From IMG/VR virus record IMGVR_UViG_3300031772_000016, positions 1 through 64,000 of that record: a stretch of 64,000 bases of DNA; one strand, written 5' to 3'. This DNA comes from a virus. The position numbers and the translations under genes are program-made. Every line of letters begins with the position of its first letter. The first letter of the stretch is position 1. A model generated the notes under the pieces. That model did no database searches and had not been told where the DNA came from. It saw nothing but the letters and a program-made list of their open reading frames with translations. Shown here one piece after another: positions 27,088 to 36,629 of this stretch.

Positions 27088-30000
27088 GCAAGAAGTTTTT
27101 GGGCCTGAATATCATCGTAGGTAAGGGTGAGGAGAAAGAGCTGGAACGCTGTTTAAAGAGCTGTACTCAGGGAGAGCTCTTCGATGAGATGGTAGTGACC
27201 CAGACATTTGAGGATGAAAACGTACGTGCAGTCATAGAGAAGTACGGGGCTCGACGGGAGTTCTTTGCTTGGGTGAAGGATTTCAGCCTTGCCCGTAACA
27301 AATCTTTCAGCCATAGTACCTCTGAGATGATAATTTGGCTGGACAGTGATGACGTGATCAAACCAGACGATTTCAAGAAGCTCCAGGAGCTGAAACCGAA
27401 GATCAAAGATTTTGACATCGTACTCATCGACTATGTATACAATCACGATGAGAGAGATAATGCTACTTTGGTGCTCCCCAGAGAGCGTATCGTAAGAAAC
27501 TGTGATTACATCAAGTGGCATGATCCCATCCATGAGTATCTGAACATGGATGTCCCTCCGAACAAGATCCTCAAGACAAAAATTAAAATCGATCATTACC
27601 GGGTAAAAAATTATGATCCTAGTAGAAACCTGGACGCTCTGAGACTGGCGTATGGAGAGGGAAAATGCTCCCCTCGCCTGAAATTCTATTTCGGAAAAGA
27701 GCTCTCGGACTGTGGGTACTGGGAAGAGGCTATCAAAGTCCTCGAACCCTACATAGAGGAGGGTGTGGATTTCCGGGATAACATGACTGTAGCGTGTATC
27801 CGATTGAGCAAGTACTACTACGAAAACAAGAACTACGCAGCGGCAAAAACATATGCTATGAAGGGCATCCGGTTCAATAGCATATACGCTGAAAACTACG
27901 TGACTGTAGCTACCATATTCGAGATAGAGAATGACCTCGACTCTGCTGCGAGCTATTACAAGGAAGCTCTCACGAAGAAACTCGACGCGGGTATGTCACA
28001 GATCGTGGATTTTTATGGGTTCATACCAGCAGCGAAGTTGGCTATCCTGTATTTCGCTAAGAAGGAGTATGAGGAGTGCCTGAAGTATTGCGACATAGCT
28101 CTGCAGCATAAGTCAGATAACGTCCAGATAGCAGAGCTGAAGAAGACTGTGAGTATCGAAACAGAGCGCATGAAGAAGGGTAGTACGATACGTGAGGAAG
28201 ATGAGGCCAGATTGCGTAAGATGCTCGAGGAGCTCGATTTCAAGATAGACATACAGAAGAATAACCATGAGTATGCTGAGATCAGACTGTCTCGTATCAG
28301 AAAGCTCGAGGTAGTGTGGTTGGTGCCTACACTGGACCTCGACAACCCATCTATCCGTATCCGTAGGTATAACGTATCGAAGAAGATGGAGGAGCTCAAG
28401 GTACCCAGCAGGATCATCACAAATTACTATGGTAGGAACGTATTTGACCTCAGAAATGAGATAGGTCCTGCTACTGTGGTAGTGTTCACGCAGTACAGCA
28501 GTTTTGACCTGGAACTCATGCGTCACCTCAAGCCTCTGGGTATCAAGACGGTGTTTGATCACTGTGAGGCTATATTCGGGTACCCGTTTGAGCATGAGTG
28601 TATGATAGAGGCAGACCTGGTGGCGTGTTGCTCTACAAAGCTGGAGGAGCTGACCAATAAAAATGGTGTAGCTCGTACCGCGGTGTTGAAAGATGCGGTG
28701 GAAGAGCGTGTACCGTCTACAGAGAGAGTGTATACGGATAGGTATCTTAAACCTAAAGCTGGTTATTTTGGCATGGGAGGCAATAGCTTCCTTATTTCTG
28801 AGTGGTTGAAAGATACCATAGAATCTGCTGGGTATGATGTTGTTTTGAGCACTGAATGGAGTAGTGCCACCCATAAATGGTCCATAGATACGTGGCCTGA
28901 CGTGATGAATGAGTGTGATGTCATACTATGCCCTCAGCGAGTAGACGTGCAGCCTGCTAAGAGTAGCGTGAAAGCGACCACAGCGATGGCGTTAGGGATG
29001 CCTGTCCTCGCATCTCCCCTACAGGCCTACAAAGAGGTTATACAGCCTGGTGTGAATGGGTACATCTGTGACACCAAGGATGATTGGTATTCGGCTCTGG
29101 TGCAATTGAAAGACTCCAATCTGAGGAAATCGGTAGGTACCGCGGCTAAAAAGGCTGTGGATGGATACTCACTGGAGAATATCACTAAAGGGTGGATAGA
29201 GACTCTGGGTCATCTCATCAATGAGAGATTGAAATTCCCGGAGCCAGAGGTAGTGGAAAAGGTGGCTGAGCGTAACATCGTAGATATCATCATCGCCAAC
29301 TACGGTAATGTAGAGTATCTGAAGATGTGCATGAGCTCTATTTTCATGAATACGCTGTATCCGTATCACGTCATCATATCTGACGCGGGTAGTGATGAGA
29401 AGACGTGGGAGTATCTGAAAACACTCAAAGGGGTGACGATACTCGGTGAGCCTGGTAAGAGAGTGTCTTTTTCGGAAGCGTGTAATGCAGGTATACAGGC
29501 GTCCAGGACAAAGTTCTTTGTTATCCTGAACTCTGACGTGATAGTATCCAAGTGCTGGCTCACGAGTCTCGTGGACAAGATGGAGCATACGGATAGGCTC
29601 GCAGCGTGTGGAGTGCTGAGTAATTGTGATCGCGGCTGGCTTTTTAGTGCACCTGGTAAACCAGAGTACCCTATGCGTTTAGAGAAGTCTGGGGTAGATC
29701 TCGTACCTGGTATGAAGATAGGTACTATACAGCCTCATGTGGAAGAGCTGTATGATTTCATGAAGAAATCTAATGAGACCTACAAAGGTAAGTACATCAA
29801 GCAGGATTGGGTGGCGGCGTATGCTACTATATTCGCTCGATGCGCGATCGATGAAGTGGGGTTATTCGATACCCAGTACAAAAATGGGTGTGAGGACTGG
29901 GATCTCTGCCAGCGTATCTCTCGATATGGGTACGCGATAGGACAGGCTATAGATTCGTTTGTGTATCATTTTGGCGGGGTGACTAGAGGTAGCTATGAGG

Positions 30001-32384
30001 AAGAGAACAAAGAATCCTATAAAAAAGAGGATATGGAGAATCACATCAAGATGCGCCGTAAGTGGGATAAAGAGCGCGTAGTGATTTATACGGGTCCTGC
30101 TTGGGAAAGTTGGAACAAGCAGAAAGTAGACGAGGGCATGGCGGGGTCGGAGACGTGGGCGGCATATCTGGCACGGGAGTTTGTGAAGAAAGGGTATCGT
30201 ACCACGATCTACAATGATCTACTGGTAGAGGACAAGAGTCAGGCAGTGTTGGACCCGGTACAGGATGACTCAGGTAAATCGGTAGGTGATGTGTTTTATC
30301 GTCACTACACGAATTTGAATGAGGATGTGAAATACGATGTGGTGGATTATTTCATATCGTCACGTACACTGGATCCTTTTCAGGGTAATGTACACAGTCT
30401 GAAGAATTATGCGATGATCCATGATGTGTTTTTAAATCCTAACCCTGATTTTGATATCATGCCATGGAGGATACACGGGTATGCGTATCTATCGGAGTGG
30501 CACAAGGATTTTCTTAAGAGCCACCACAGGATGCCTGAGGATAAAATGTTCCTCACGGCAAATGGCGTAGACCACACTCTGTATGCTGACGTGGATACCT
30601 ACGAGAAGAAAAACCAGACTGTGTATAGTTCGAGTTTGGATAGAGGGTTGTATCAGCTGCTGTTGATGCTACCAGAGATCAGGAAATCTGTGCCTGATTT
30701 CAAGGTGATAGTGTGTTATGGTCTGCTCAACTGGGAAAAAAGTATAAAGGCTCACAATGATGTCCAGTCCATGGAGTTACTCAATAAGATAAAGAGTCTG
30801 ATGGAACAACCGGGGGTAGAGTATCGTGGTCGTGTAGACAAGAAGACGTTGTCTATTTTACAGAAGGAATCCAAGGTGTTCTTGTTTTCGAGCTGGTTCG
30901 CGGAAACTTTTTGCTGTCATCCAGATAATGAAATATTCACTGAAAAAGGACCTAAGAGGATTGTGTCTTTGAACATAGTTGATAGGGTACTTACTCATAA
31001 CAATAGGTTTAGGAACATAACTAAGATACTATCAAGACCGTATTCCGGGGATCTTGTTAAGTTTAATGTTCAGAACCATAAAGCAGGCACGGGTATGTAC
31101 ACTCCAGAGCATCCAGTGCTAGTCTTGAGAGGCGGCAATGTTTCAAAACTGAGAAGTAATAGGAGCTTTATTAAGTTAGGTAAAAAACCAGACTATTCTC
31201 CTAAAAGCATAGCAAAATACGATATAGATCCAGAGTGGGTTGAAGCAGGGGATGTTTTAGCGGGAGATTACGTATGCATGCCGTACTGTGATGACCGCAG
31301 CCCAGATGACTGGTTTTATCCGTTGGAGGATATGAAACGCGTTAATAGGAATTACAAAATAGTAGGAGAGCATATAATAAGTAGGGAGTCAAAAATTTTC
31401 AAGAGATTGCCAGCTAAAATAAAGATGGACTTCGATTTTGCGAGATTTCTTGGTTTCTATTTCTCTGAGGGATGTTTTAGTGGAGGGTGCGTAAAATTTT
31501 CGTTTAACACCAAAGAGACAGAATACATTAATTTTGTTTCTTCCTATGCTGATAGAGTTTTTGGAGTTAAACCTAAAATAAAAAATAGAGGAAATTGGGT
31601 TGAGATATGGTGCTACATGAATTCTATGGGTATACTTCTTAAAGAGCTGTGTGGTCATGAGGCTTCTCAAAAGAAGGTTCCCTATTTCATGTATCGGCAG
31701 GATAAGAGTTTTGTCAGAGAGTTTGTACGCGCTGTATTTGAGGGGGATGGCCATGAGAACAAGAATGAGTTTACAATGGTGCTAGCAACAAAGAAGGGAA
31801 TGGTAGGCCTTAAGATACTGGCAGCCAGCATAGGCCTTCACCCTAGCTACAGGAATTCTCCTCGTTTCGGAAGAGATTACTATACTATGGGTATCAGCAA
31901 GAAGTTATGGAGTGATCTTTTTGTGGGAAAAAAAGACTACGGCCCGAAAGGTACTTATAGGGTCTATTTTGAGAGGAATTCGAAAATTTTCTACAAGATC
32001 AAAAGTATCGATAAAGTTCCTTATGTTGGACCCGTGTATAATTTAGAGGTGGAAGAAGATCAGTCGTATACATCGGACTTTATCGCTGTCCATAATTGCT
32101 GTACTGCGGTTGAGAACGGGTTGTCAAAAAACCCTATACTCTCTACAGACTTCGCAGGGCTGAAAACCACTGTAGGATCTGCGGGGATACTGTTGCCGTA
32201 TGAGGGCCTGTCTCGGGACGCGGACTATCCTGATACGTATAAATTTCGTTTCGTAGAGGAGTCCATACGCCTACTCAAGGATGACACCTATCGTGCTGAG
32301 TGGGCGGATAAAGCCTACCAGAAGATGCAGGCCTATAGGTGGGATAAGGTCGCAGACGGGTGGATAGAGAAGTTCAAGAAGTAG
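27084..32384 (+). CDS. Multi-domain glycosyltransferase (GT2-TPR-GT-B-GT2-GT-B) containing an intein
   Basis: WLDSDD (GT-A DxD); TPR-like repeats; KATTAMALGMPVLASP...GVNGY (GT-B); ISDAGS/LNSDV/EDWDL (GT2); ETF|CCTAVE (E-x7-E). Start MSKKF with RBS AAGGAG. Confidence 0.9.
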   Translation: MSKKFLGLNIIVGKGEEKELERCLKSCTQGELFDEMVVTQTFEDENVRAVIEKYGARREFFAWVKDFSLARNKSFSHSTSEMIIWLDSDDVIKPDDFKKLQELKPKIKDFDIVLIDYVYNHDERDNATLVLPRERIVRNCDYIKWHDPIHEYLNMDVPPNKILKTKIKIDHYRVKNYDPSRNLDALRLAYGEGKCSPRLKFYFGKELSDCGYWEEAIKVLEPYIEEGVDFRDNMTVACIRLSKYYYENKNYAAAKTYAMKGIRFNSIYAENYVTVATIFEIENDLDSAASYYKEALTKKLDAGMSQIVDFYGFIPAAKLAILYFAKKEYEECLKYCDIALQHKSDNVQIAELKKTVSIETERMKKGSTIREEDEARLRKMLEELDFKIDIQKNNHEYAEIRLSRIRKLEVVWLVPTLDLDNPSIRIRRYNVSKKMEELKVPSRIITNYYGRNVFDLRNEIGPATVVVFTQYSSFDLELMRHLKPLGIKTVFDHCEAIFGYPFEHECMIEADLVACCSTKLEELTNKNGVARTAVLKDAVEERVPSTERVYTDRYLKPKAGYFGMGGNSFLISEWLKDTIESAGYDVVLSTEWSSATHKWSIDTWPDVMNECDVILCPQRVDVQPAKSSVKATTAMALGMPVLASPLQAYKEVIQPGVNGYICDTKDDWYSALVQLKDSNLRKSVGTAAKKAVDGYSLENITKGWIETLGHLINERLKFPEPEVVEKVAERNIVDIIIANYGNVEYLKMCMSSIFMNTLYPYHVIISDAGSDEKTWEYLKTLKGVTILGEPGKRVSFSEACNAGIQASRTKFFVILNSDVIVSKCWLTSLVDKMEHTDRLAACGVLSNCDRGWLFSAPGKPEYPMRLEKSGVDLVPGMKIGTIQPHVEELYDFMKKSNETYKGKYIKQDWVAAYATIFARCAIDEVGLFDTQYKNGCEDWDLCQRISRYGYAIGQAIDSFVYHFGGVTRGSYEEENKESYKKEDMENHIKMRRKWDKERVVIYTGPAWESWNKQKVDEGMAGSETWAAYLAREFVKKGYRTTIYNDLLVEDKSQAVLDPVQDDSGKSVGDVFYRHYTNLNEDVKYDVVDYFISSRTLDPFQGNVHSLKNYAMIHDVFLNPNPDFDIMPWRIHGYAYLSEWHKDFLKSHHRMPEDKMFLTANGVDHTLYADVDTYEKKNQTVYSSSLDRGLYQLLLMLPEIRKSVPDFKVIVCYGLLNWEKSIKAHNDVQSMELLNKIKSLMEQPGVEYRGRVDKKTLSILQKESKVFLFSSWFAETFCCHPDNEIFTEKGPKRIVSLNIVDRVLTHNNRFRNITKILSRPYSGDLVKFNVQNHKAGTGMYTPEHPVLVLRGGNVSKLRSNRSFIKLGKKPDYSPKSIAKYDIDPEWVEAGDVLAGDYVCMPYCDDRSPDDWFYPLEDMKRVNRNYKIVGEHIISRESKIFKRLPAKIKMDFDFARFLGFYFSEGCFSGGCVKFSFNTKETEYINFVSSYADRVFGVKPKIKNRGNWVEIWCYMNSMGILLKELCGHEASQKKVPYFMYRQDKSFVREFVRAVFEGDGHENKNEFTMVLATKKGMVGLKILAASIGLHPSYRNSPRFGRDYYTMGISKKLWSDLFVGKKDYGPKGTYRVYFERNSKIFYKIKSIDKVPYVGPVYNLEVEEDQSYTSDFIAVHNCCTAVENGLSKNPILSTDFAGLKTTVGSAGILLPYEGLSRDADYPDTYKFRFVEESIRLLKDDTYRAEWADKAYQKMQAYRWDKVADGWIEKFKK
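30912..32096 (+). mobile_element. Intein with LAGLIDADG endonuclease (395 aa)
   Basis: Starts CCHPDNEI; TPEHPV block B; FLGFYFSEG and AVFEGDG; VYNLEVE; ends VHN before Cys. Confidence 0.95.
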
Positions 32385-32410
32385 TATTCACAATAGCCGG
32401 AGTAATAGCA

Positions 32411-32444
32411 AAAGGCCTGGGAGATCATCATCTCTCAGGCCTTT
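32411..32444 (+). terminator. Hairpin/terminator after the glycosyltransferase
   Basis: AAAGGCCTGGGAGAT/ATCTCTCAGGCCTTT. Confidence 0.75.
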
Positions 32445-32506
32445 AATATTCTGTTCATAATATTTATAGGGTGTCTGTGAGTAACCCTATAACCAGGAGA
32501 GACATC

Positions 32507-32725
32507 ATGTCCACACAGTTTGATACGGCAGGTATGCAGAGTCTCGCGCAGAATACAGCTGTCAGCGGAGGCCTCCAGGATACCAACAGAGGTAACCCTC
32601 TCGGAGATCGAGTAGATAATACCGCTGGTGACAACAACACGACACCGCAGGCGCAGGGTCTGAGTTCGAATCAGGGTGCGTATTTAGATATGCAGTCGAA
32701 GCCGAGCTGGCTGTATCCGACGTAA
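32507..32725 (+). CDS. Small hypothetical protein
   Basis: RBS AGGAG before MSTQF; N/Q/G/T-rich. Confidence 0.6.
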   Translation: MSTQFDTAGMQSLAQNTAVSGGLQDTNRGNPLGDRVDNTAGDNNTTPQAQGLSSNQGAYLDMQSKPSWLYPT

Positions 32726-32738
32726 TAGTCTACTAATA
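32723..32738 (+). promoter_or_regulatory. TAATA-N6-TAATA motif
   Basis: TAATAGTCTACTAATA, identical to the copy at 3098. Confidence 0.75.
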
Positions 32739-32808
32739 TCTTGTTAGAGGTATAAGCCCTTTACGGGGTATAACTATATAACTCACTTGTTCTTTAGGAG
32801 GATGTGTT

Positions 32809-33273
32809 ATGGCAGTAGCGACTTTGACAGTAAAATATTTCGGCACCAACGTCGGCAAGATCTATCTCTCCGATATCGATCGTCGTCGTCAGCTGGGTGG
32901 AGCTCCAGAGAGCGGAAACTACAAGTCGGGTCAGGACGAGTACATGACTTGGGGCGAGGTGAAGGTCCTGCAGGTCACCGATGACGTGCTGTACAGCAGG
33001 CTCAACGGCGTACTCAAGTATTTCTCGACCGTAGCCAGCTCGGTGATTTTCGGCAGCCACGGTGCTCCTTTGACACTCGTAGACGGTACCGACACTGCTA
33101 CGAGCGAAGTGCCTCGTGGTGATTTTGCTAATACCGGTCTGTTTGATGATCGCTTCATCAATAATGTGCTGGCTGGAAACTACAGCACAGGCGTACAGGG
33201 TACTCTGGGTACCGGCGCTACCGGGTACTACATCAATGGTACGACTGGTTACAACTACGGTAACGTGCTTTAA
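32809..33273 (+). CDS. Putative abundant virion structural protein
   Basis: Own promoter motif, RBS AGGAGG and terminator; codon style like the capsid gene; TG-rich C-terminus. Confidence 0.65.
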   Translation: MAVATLTVKYFGTNVGKIYLSDIDRRRQLGGAPESGNYKSGQDEYMTWGEVKVLQVTDDVLYSRLNGVLKYFSTVASSVIFGSHGAPLTLVDGTDTATSEVPRGDFANTGLFDDRFINNVLAGNYSTGVQGTLGTGATGYYINGTTGYNYGNVL

Positions 33274-33302
33274 TCAGTACATCGCTGGTCTGTGACTAAC
33301 GG

Positions 33303-33339
33303 GGTTGCCGGGGTGGTACGAATCCCGGCAACCTTTTTT
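33303..33339 (+). terminator. Intrinsic terminator
   Basis: GGTTGCCGGG/CCCGGCAACC plus T6. Confidence 0.9.
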
Positions 33340-33374
33340 ATATGTAGATAGTACATCCAACATGGAGCATAATA

Positions 33375-33662
33375 ATGGCAGACAATCTGCATGGTGACCT
33401 GATCTGCACCAAAGACGGGTACAAGACCTGTGACCTTTATCTGGCAGCTTTCTTTGCGACTAGCGGATGCCCGATAAAGAGTACCACACGAGACTCAAAA
33501 AAAGTGTATTTTTTCTTTGAAAACACAGAGATTATAGAACGCTTGAAAGGCTCGTATTTTCTTAGGCAGGGTAAAGTAGACGCTCTGTCCTACGCGGACA
33601 ACGTGAAATCCCTGAAAAGCCTGTGTGCCAGTATCCTCAGTAACGAAATAAAGCGCATCTAA
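33375..33662 (+). CDS. DUF5659-like protein
   Basis: DLYLAAFF...G...KVYFFF pattern. Confidence 0.6.
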   Translation: MADNLHGDLICTKDGYKTCDLYLAAFFATSGCPIKSTTRDSKKVYFFFENTEIIERLKGSYFLRQGKVDALSYADNVKSLKSLCASILSNEIKRI

Positions 33663-33678
33663 GAAGGGGCTAATCGCC

Positions 33679-33906
33679 ATGGATGTTTATCAGGGTAGCA
33701 TAGGGACAGTGTCCCCAGCTTTTGGTAATTACACGCTACAGACCTATGTCAATATAGACAAGCCTGCATCAGGCGTGACAGGTCCTATGGGCTCCCTGGC
33801 AGGTATGGGTGTCACAGGGTCTGGGTCTCTGACGGCTGTGTCCTGGGACATGGGAGTCACAGGTATCGTCGGTACACAGTCCACAAACGCTAAACACGGG
33901 TTTTAA
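33679..33906 (+). CDS. Small protein with three GVTG motifs
   Basis: GVTGP, GVTGS and GVTGI in 75 aa. Confidence 0.65.
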   Translation: MDVYQGSIGTVSPAFGNYTLQTYVNIDKPASGVTGPMGSLAGMGVTGSGSLTAVSWDMGVTGIVGTQSTNAKHGF

Positions 33907-33909
33907 TAT

Positions 33910-34377
33910 ATGAAGACATCAGTCGTAGCAGCAATGAAAGAGAATGCAGCTAAGAATCTCAAGCTGAAAGACGTCTCTTTCGTAGATTTTGACTCTATCG
34001 ACCTGGAGGAATACGACGCCTCCATATCAGAGGCAGATCTGCAGGAGTTCTCGGCTAGTGCTGAGGTCTCCACCAACCTCAAGATCACCTACGAGGGCGA
34101 ACTCCCTGATAGCTACCGGGTCCTCAACAGCATGCTCCAGGACTGGGTAGACGATCATGATGAGGACCTCAAGAAGGTCATCAACCCTAAGCTCATACCG
34201 TTCCTCAAAGAGCATTACAAGGATGCAGACGTCAGTGACCTCAAAGAGGATTTTGACGACTACATCTGGGAGGACCAGGTAGATTACATGCCCGAGATTG
34301 ATGAAGACAAAAAAGAGATCAAGTTCGTGGTGGATTTGGTTTTGGAGGTCGAGGAAAAAGAAACAGACGAGGATTGA
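33910..34377 (+). CDS. Highly acidic hypothetical protein
   Basis: D/E-rich 155-aa ORF. Confidence 0.7.
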   Translation: MKTSVVAAMKENAAKNLKLKDVSFVDFDSIDLEEYDASISEADLQEFSASAEVSTNLKITYEGELPDSYRVLNSMLQDWVDDHDEDLKKVINPKLIPFLKEHYKDADVSDLKEDFDDYIWEDQVDYMPEIDEDKKEIKFVVDLVLEVEEKETDED

Positions 34378-34399
34378 GGGATAGAGTAGTCTACCGCAC

Positions 34400-34439
34400 A
34401 GGCAGAGGCCGGTCATAGCGATCGGCCTCTGCCTTTTTT
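34400..34439 (+). terminator. Intrinsic terminator
   Basis: AGGCAGAGGCCG/CGGCCTCTGCCT plus T run. Confidence 0.9.
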
Positions 34440-34540
34440 ATTCCCCGAAATTCCATGTCGATTTACCTTTCCCGCCGCGGGACAGCAGGTAGCATGCCGC
34501 CCGATATTTCTTGCTCTTTATAGCCGCGTCCACGGTGTTG

Positions 34541-34891
34541 TCATAGGTTGGATGTGAGAAGGTCAAAACATTCAAAAGGCTGCTCCATCCGCCATTTTGC
34601 CACAGGCTCTAAAGCGTCATTAATATGAAGCGGTGCCGTAGATATATCACCGAAAACAAGGTTGTATGCTAGCACGAAGTCTGTGTCTGAGTTAGGGTCT
34701 AAAGGTAGACCCAGGGCCTGAGTAGCATCATTCCTCATCTGTATGAAGATGTCTTTCGGTTCGTTATAAATAGCGATAATATCATATACATATGACGCTG
34801 TCTTTGAAACGCTACCACCTTGGTAGGGCTGGTTTTTCCGGCTCTCAAAAATATTGTCCCTAAGCTGCCTAAGACTGCTTTTTGTGTGCAT
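34541..34891 (-). CDS. Hypothetical protein (isolated minus-strand accessory gene)
   Basis: Start MHTK with RBS GAGGAGGG and its own sigma70-like promoter. Confidence 0.7.
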   Translation of the reverse strand: MHTKSSLRQLRDNIFESRKNQPYQGGSVSKTASYVYDIIAIYNEPKDIFIQMRNDATQALGLPLDPNSDTDFVLAYNLVFGDISTAPLHINDALEPVAKWRMEQPFECFDLLTSNL

Positions 34892-34909
34892 GGTGCCCTC
34901 CTCTGTTAC

Positions 34910-34938
34910 AATATACTTTTTTATAAGCATAAAATCAA
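34910..34938 (-). promoter_or_regulatory. Sigma70-like promoter TTGATT-N17-TATATT
   Basis: 17-bp spacing; back-to-back with a + strand TGATACTCTTCTAATA motif at 34939. Confidence 0.75.
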
Positions 34939-34988
34939 TGATACTCTTCTAATAAAAAAACTATGATAGATTCTATACTGGAGGCCTC

Positions 34989-35660
34989 ATGGGCATAAGA
35001 AAAGATGCTTTTTTAAGGGACTGTGTCCGAGTTTTGGTAGCGGGTCAGAGAGAAGATCTAATAAATCTGTATCGAGAATTAAATCCTTTGTATGAGCAGT
35101 TTCACGGCAACCCTGACCAGGGGGTTGCTGTTATGCTTCGTAGTCCTGATAGGTATCCCACTATCCTGAGTGGGTTGTTGAGTACTACAGGACTTAGCAC
35201 TAGTGATGTTAAAAGCATGATTACTCGATATATTAGTAACATACAGCCTAGAACTCAGGAAAGATATGAAGACATACTAAACAAAGCTAGAACTAAGCTG
35301 TCTATGTTAGACACCCCAAAACAGGTGGCTGTACGTGCACCTCAGCACACCCCTTTTTATAAATGGTTGAATTCGGAGCGGCAAGAAATTTACAAGTTAC
35401 TAAGCACAAGAGATATCACTGATATTAGTGCGCTTTTTAGTAGATATGACTTAATGACCCTTAATCCTACAGAACTAGATGCTTTATCTAAAAGTATTCG
35501 GGAAATTTTTGTGAGAGCCTATCTGCGATCGTACATTACAGGTGCCCAAGAAATGTTGACTAGAATACGGAGTTTGGTGGGTAACATCCCTGAGTTACAG
35601 ATTGGTCGGGTAGCAGGTGCTTATAAGGTTGTTTTGTCCTATCTTAACTCCATCGAATAA
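34989..35660 (+). CDS. Hypothetical helical protein
   Basis: RBS GGAGG; 223 aa. Confidence 0.7.
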   Translation: MGIRKDAFLRDCVRVLVAGQREDLINLYRELNPLYEQFHGNPDQGVAVMLRSPDRYPTILSGLLSTTGLSTSDVKSMITRYISNIQPRTQERYEDILNKARTKLSMLDTPKQVAVRAPQHTPFYKWLNSERQEIYKLLSTRDITDISALFSRYDLMTLNPTELDALSKSIREIFVRAYLRSYITGAQEMLTRIRSLVGNIPELQIGRVAGAYKVVLSYLNSIE

Positions 35661-35675
35661 CATAGGATTCTAAAC

Positions 35676-36572
35676 ATGGCAGTAGTTTTTTATCCTGGAC
35701 AGACCCTAGGACAGGATGACCTCAAGATATCCATCCGTGATAGCGGCGGGCAGTACGTGGACCCGTTCTACATTCGGTACTCCCTGTTCGATAACACCAC
35801 AGGCGTCGAGGTGCTCATCGGAGCCCCTGACAGAATCCCCGCTACCACAGGCACTGGGATGTTCTATGTGAACGCCACTCTACCTCTGGACGCAAATATC
35901 GGTGACTGGGTGGTCCGGTGGAATTTCAGGGAGACCGCTATCTCCCCCCTGGTACAGGTAGCACAGGAGTTCGGGCTGGTGAAGATAGAGGTGATCAAGA
36001 GCATCACGGGCAACGACACGGGTGATTTACTTTTGAGAAGATTGAGGATATTGTTAAGAGATTTTCATCCAGATCGCAATTATAGATTTCGCCCCCCGTC
36101 AAGTGAGAAATTTCTGCAGGCTCAGGCACAAGTATTCGGGTACCTGTGGGAGGATGAAGAGCTCTACGAGTTCGTATTGATGGCCATAGATGATTTTAAT
36201 ACAGCGCCTCCTGTCACTGGTATAGACATAAACAACATGCCTGACAGATGGAGAACCACGCTGCTTATGAGGGCTGCGGGCATGGCGTGCGGTGCTATGA
36301 CCGTTAACCAAATTGCCGATGAATTCAACTACTCAATCTCTGGAGTCTCTCTCAGCATTGAGCGCTCGTCCAAGTATGAGTCTATGAAAAGGAACTTCTA
36401 CGAAGAAGCAGATAAGTCCCGGGATCTCGCTAAGCGCTCGATAAAGATTATAAAAGGGCTGAAACAAGCTCGTTATGGTGTGGGCATCAGTTCGGCATTA
36501 GGACCTTATTCTAAACCTGGCACTCAGTCAAGAAGAAATTTCGCTGGTGGTGGAGGTGGTGGTTGGTCATAA
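35676..36572 (+). CDS. Neck/head-tail adaptor protein (putative) with N-terminal Ig-like domain
   Basis: LRRLRILLRD...WEDEEL...FNYSISGVSLSI adaptor-like pattern; located in the structural cluster. Confidence 0.6.
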   Translation: MAVVFYPGQTLGQDDLKISIRDSGGQYVDPFYIRYSLFDNTTGVEVLIGAPDRIPATTGTGMFYVNATLPLDANIGDWVVRWNFRETAISPLVQVAQEFGLVKIEVIKSITGNDTGDLLLRRLRILLRDFHPDRNYRFRPPSSEKFLQAQAQVFGYLWEDEELYEFVLMAIDDFNTAPPVTGIDINNMPDRWRTTLLMRAAGMACGAMTVNQIADEFNYSISGVSLSIERSSKYESMKRNFYEEADKSRDLAKRSIKIIKGLKQARYGVGISSALGPYSKPGTQSRRNFAGGGGGGWS

Positions 36573-36580
36573 GGACCCAG

Positions 36581-36609
36581 TTGACTTTAGTCCGGTATTG
36601 TGGTATATT
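36581..36609 (+). promoter_or_regulatory. Sigma70-like promoter TTGACT-N17-TATATT with extended -10 TG
   Basis: Near-consensus, upstream of RBS GGAGG and ATG 36630. Confidence 0.8.
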
Positions 36610-36629
36610 CAGTAGTACTGGAGGCCACA

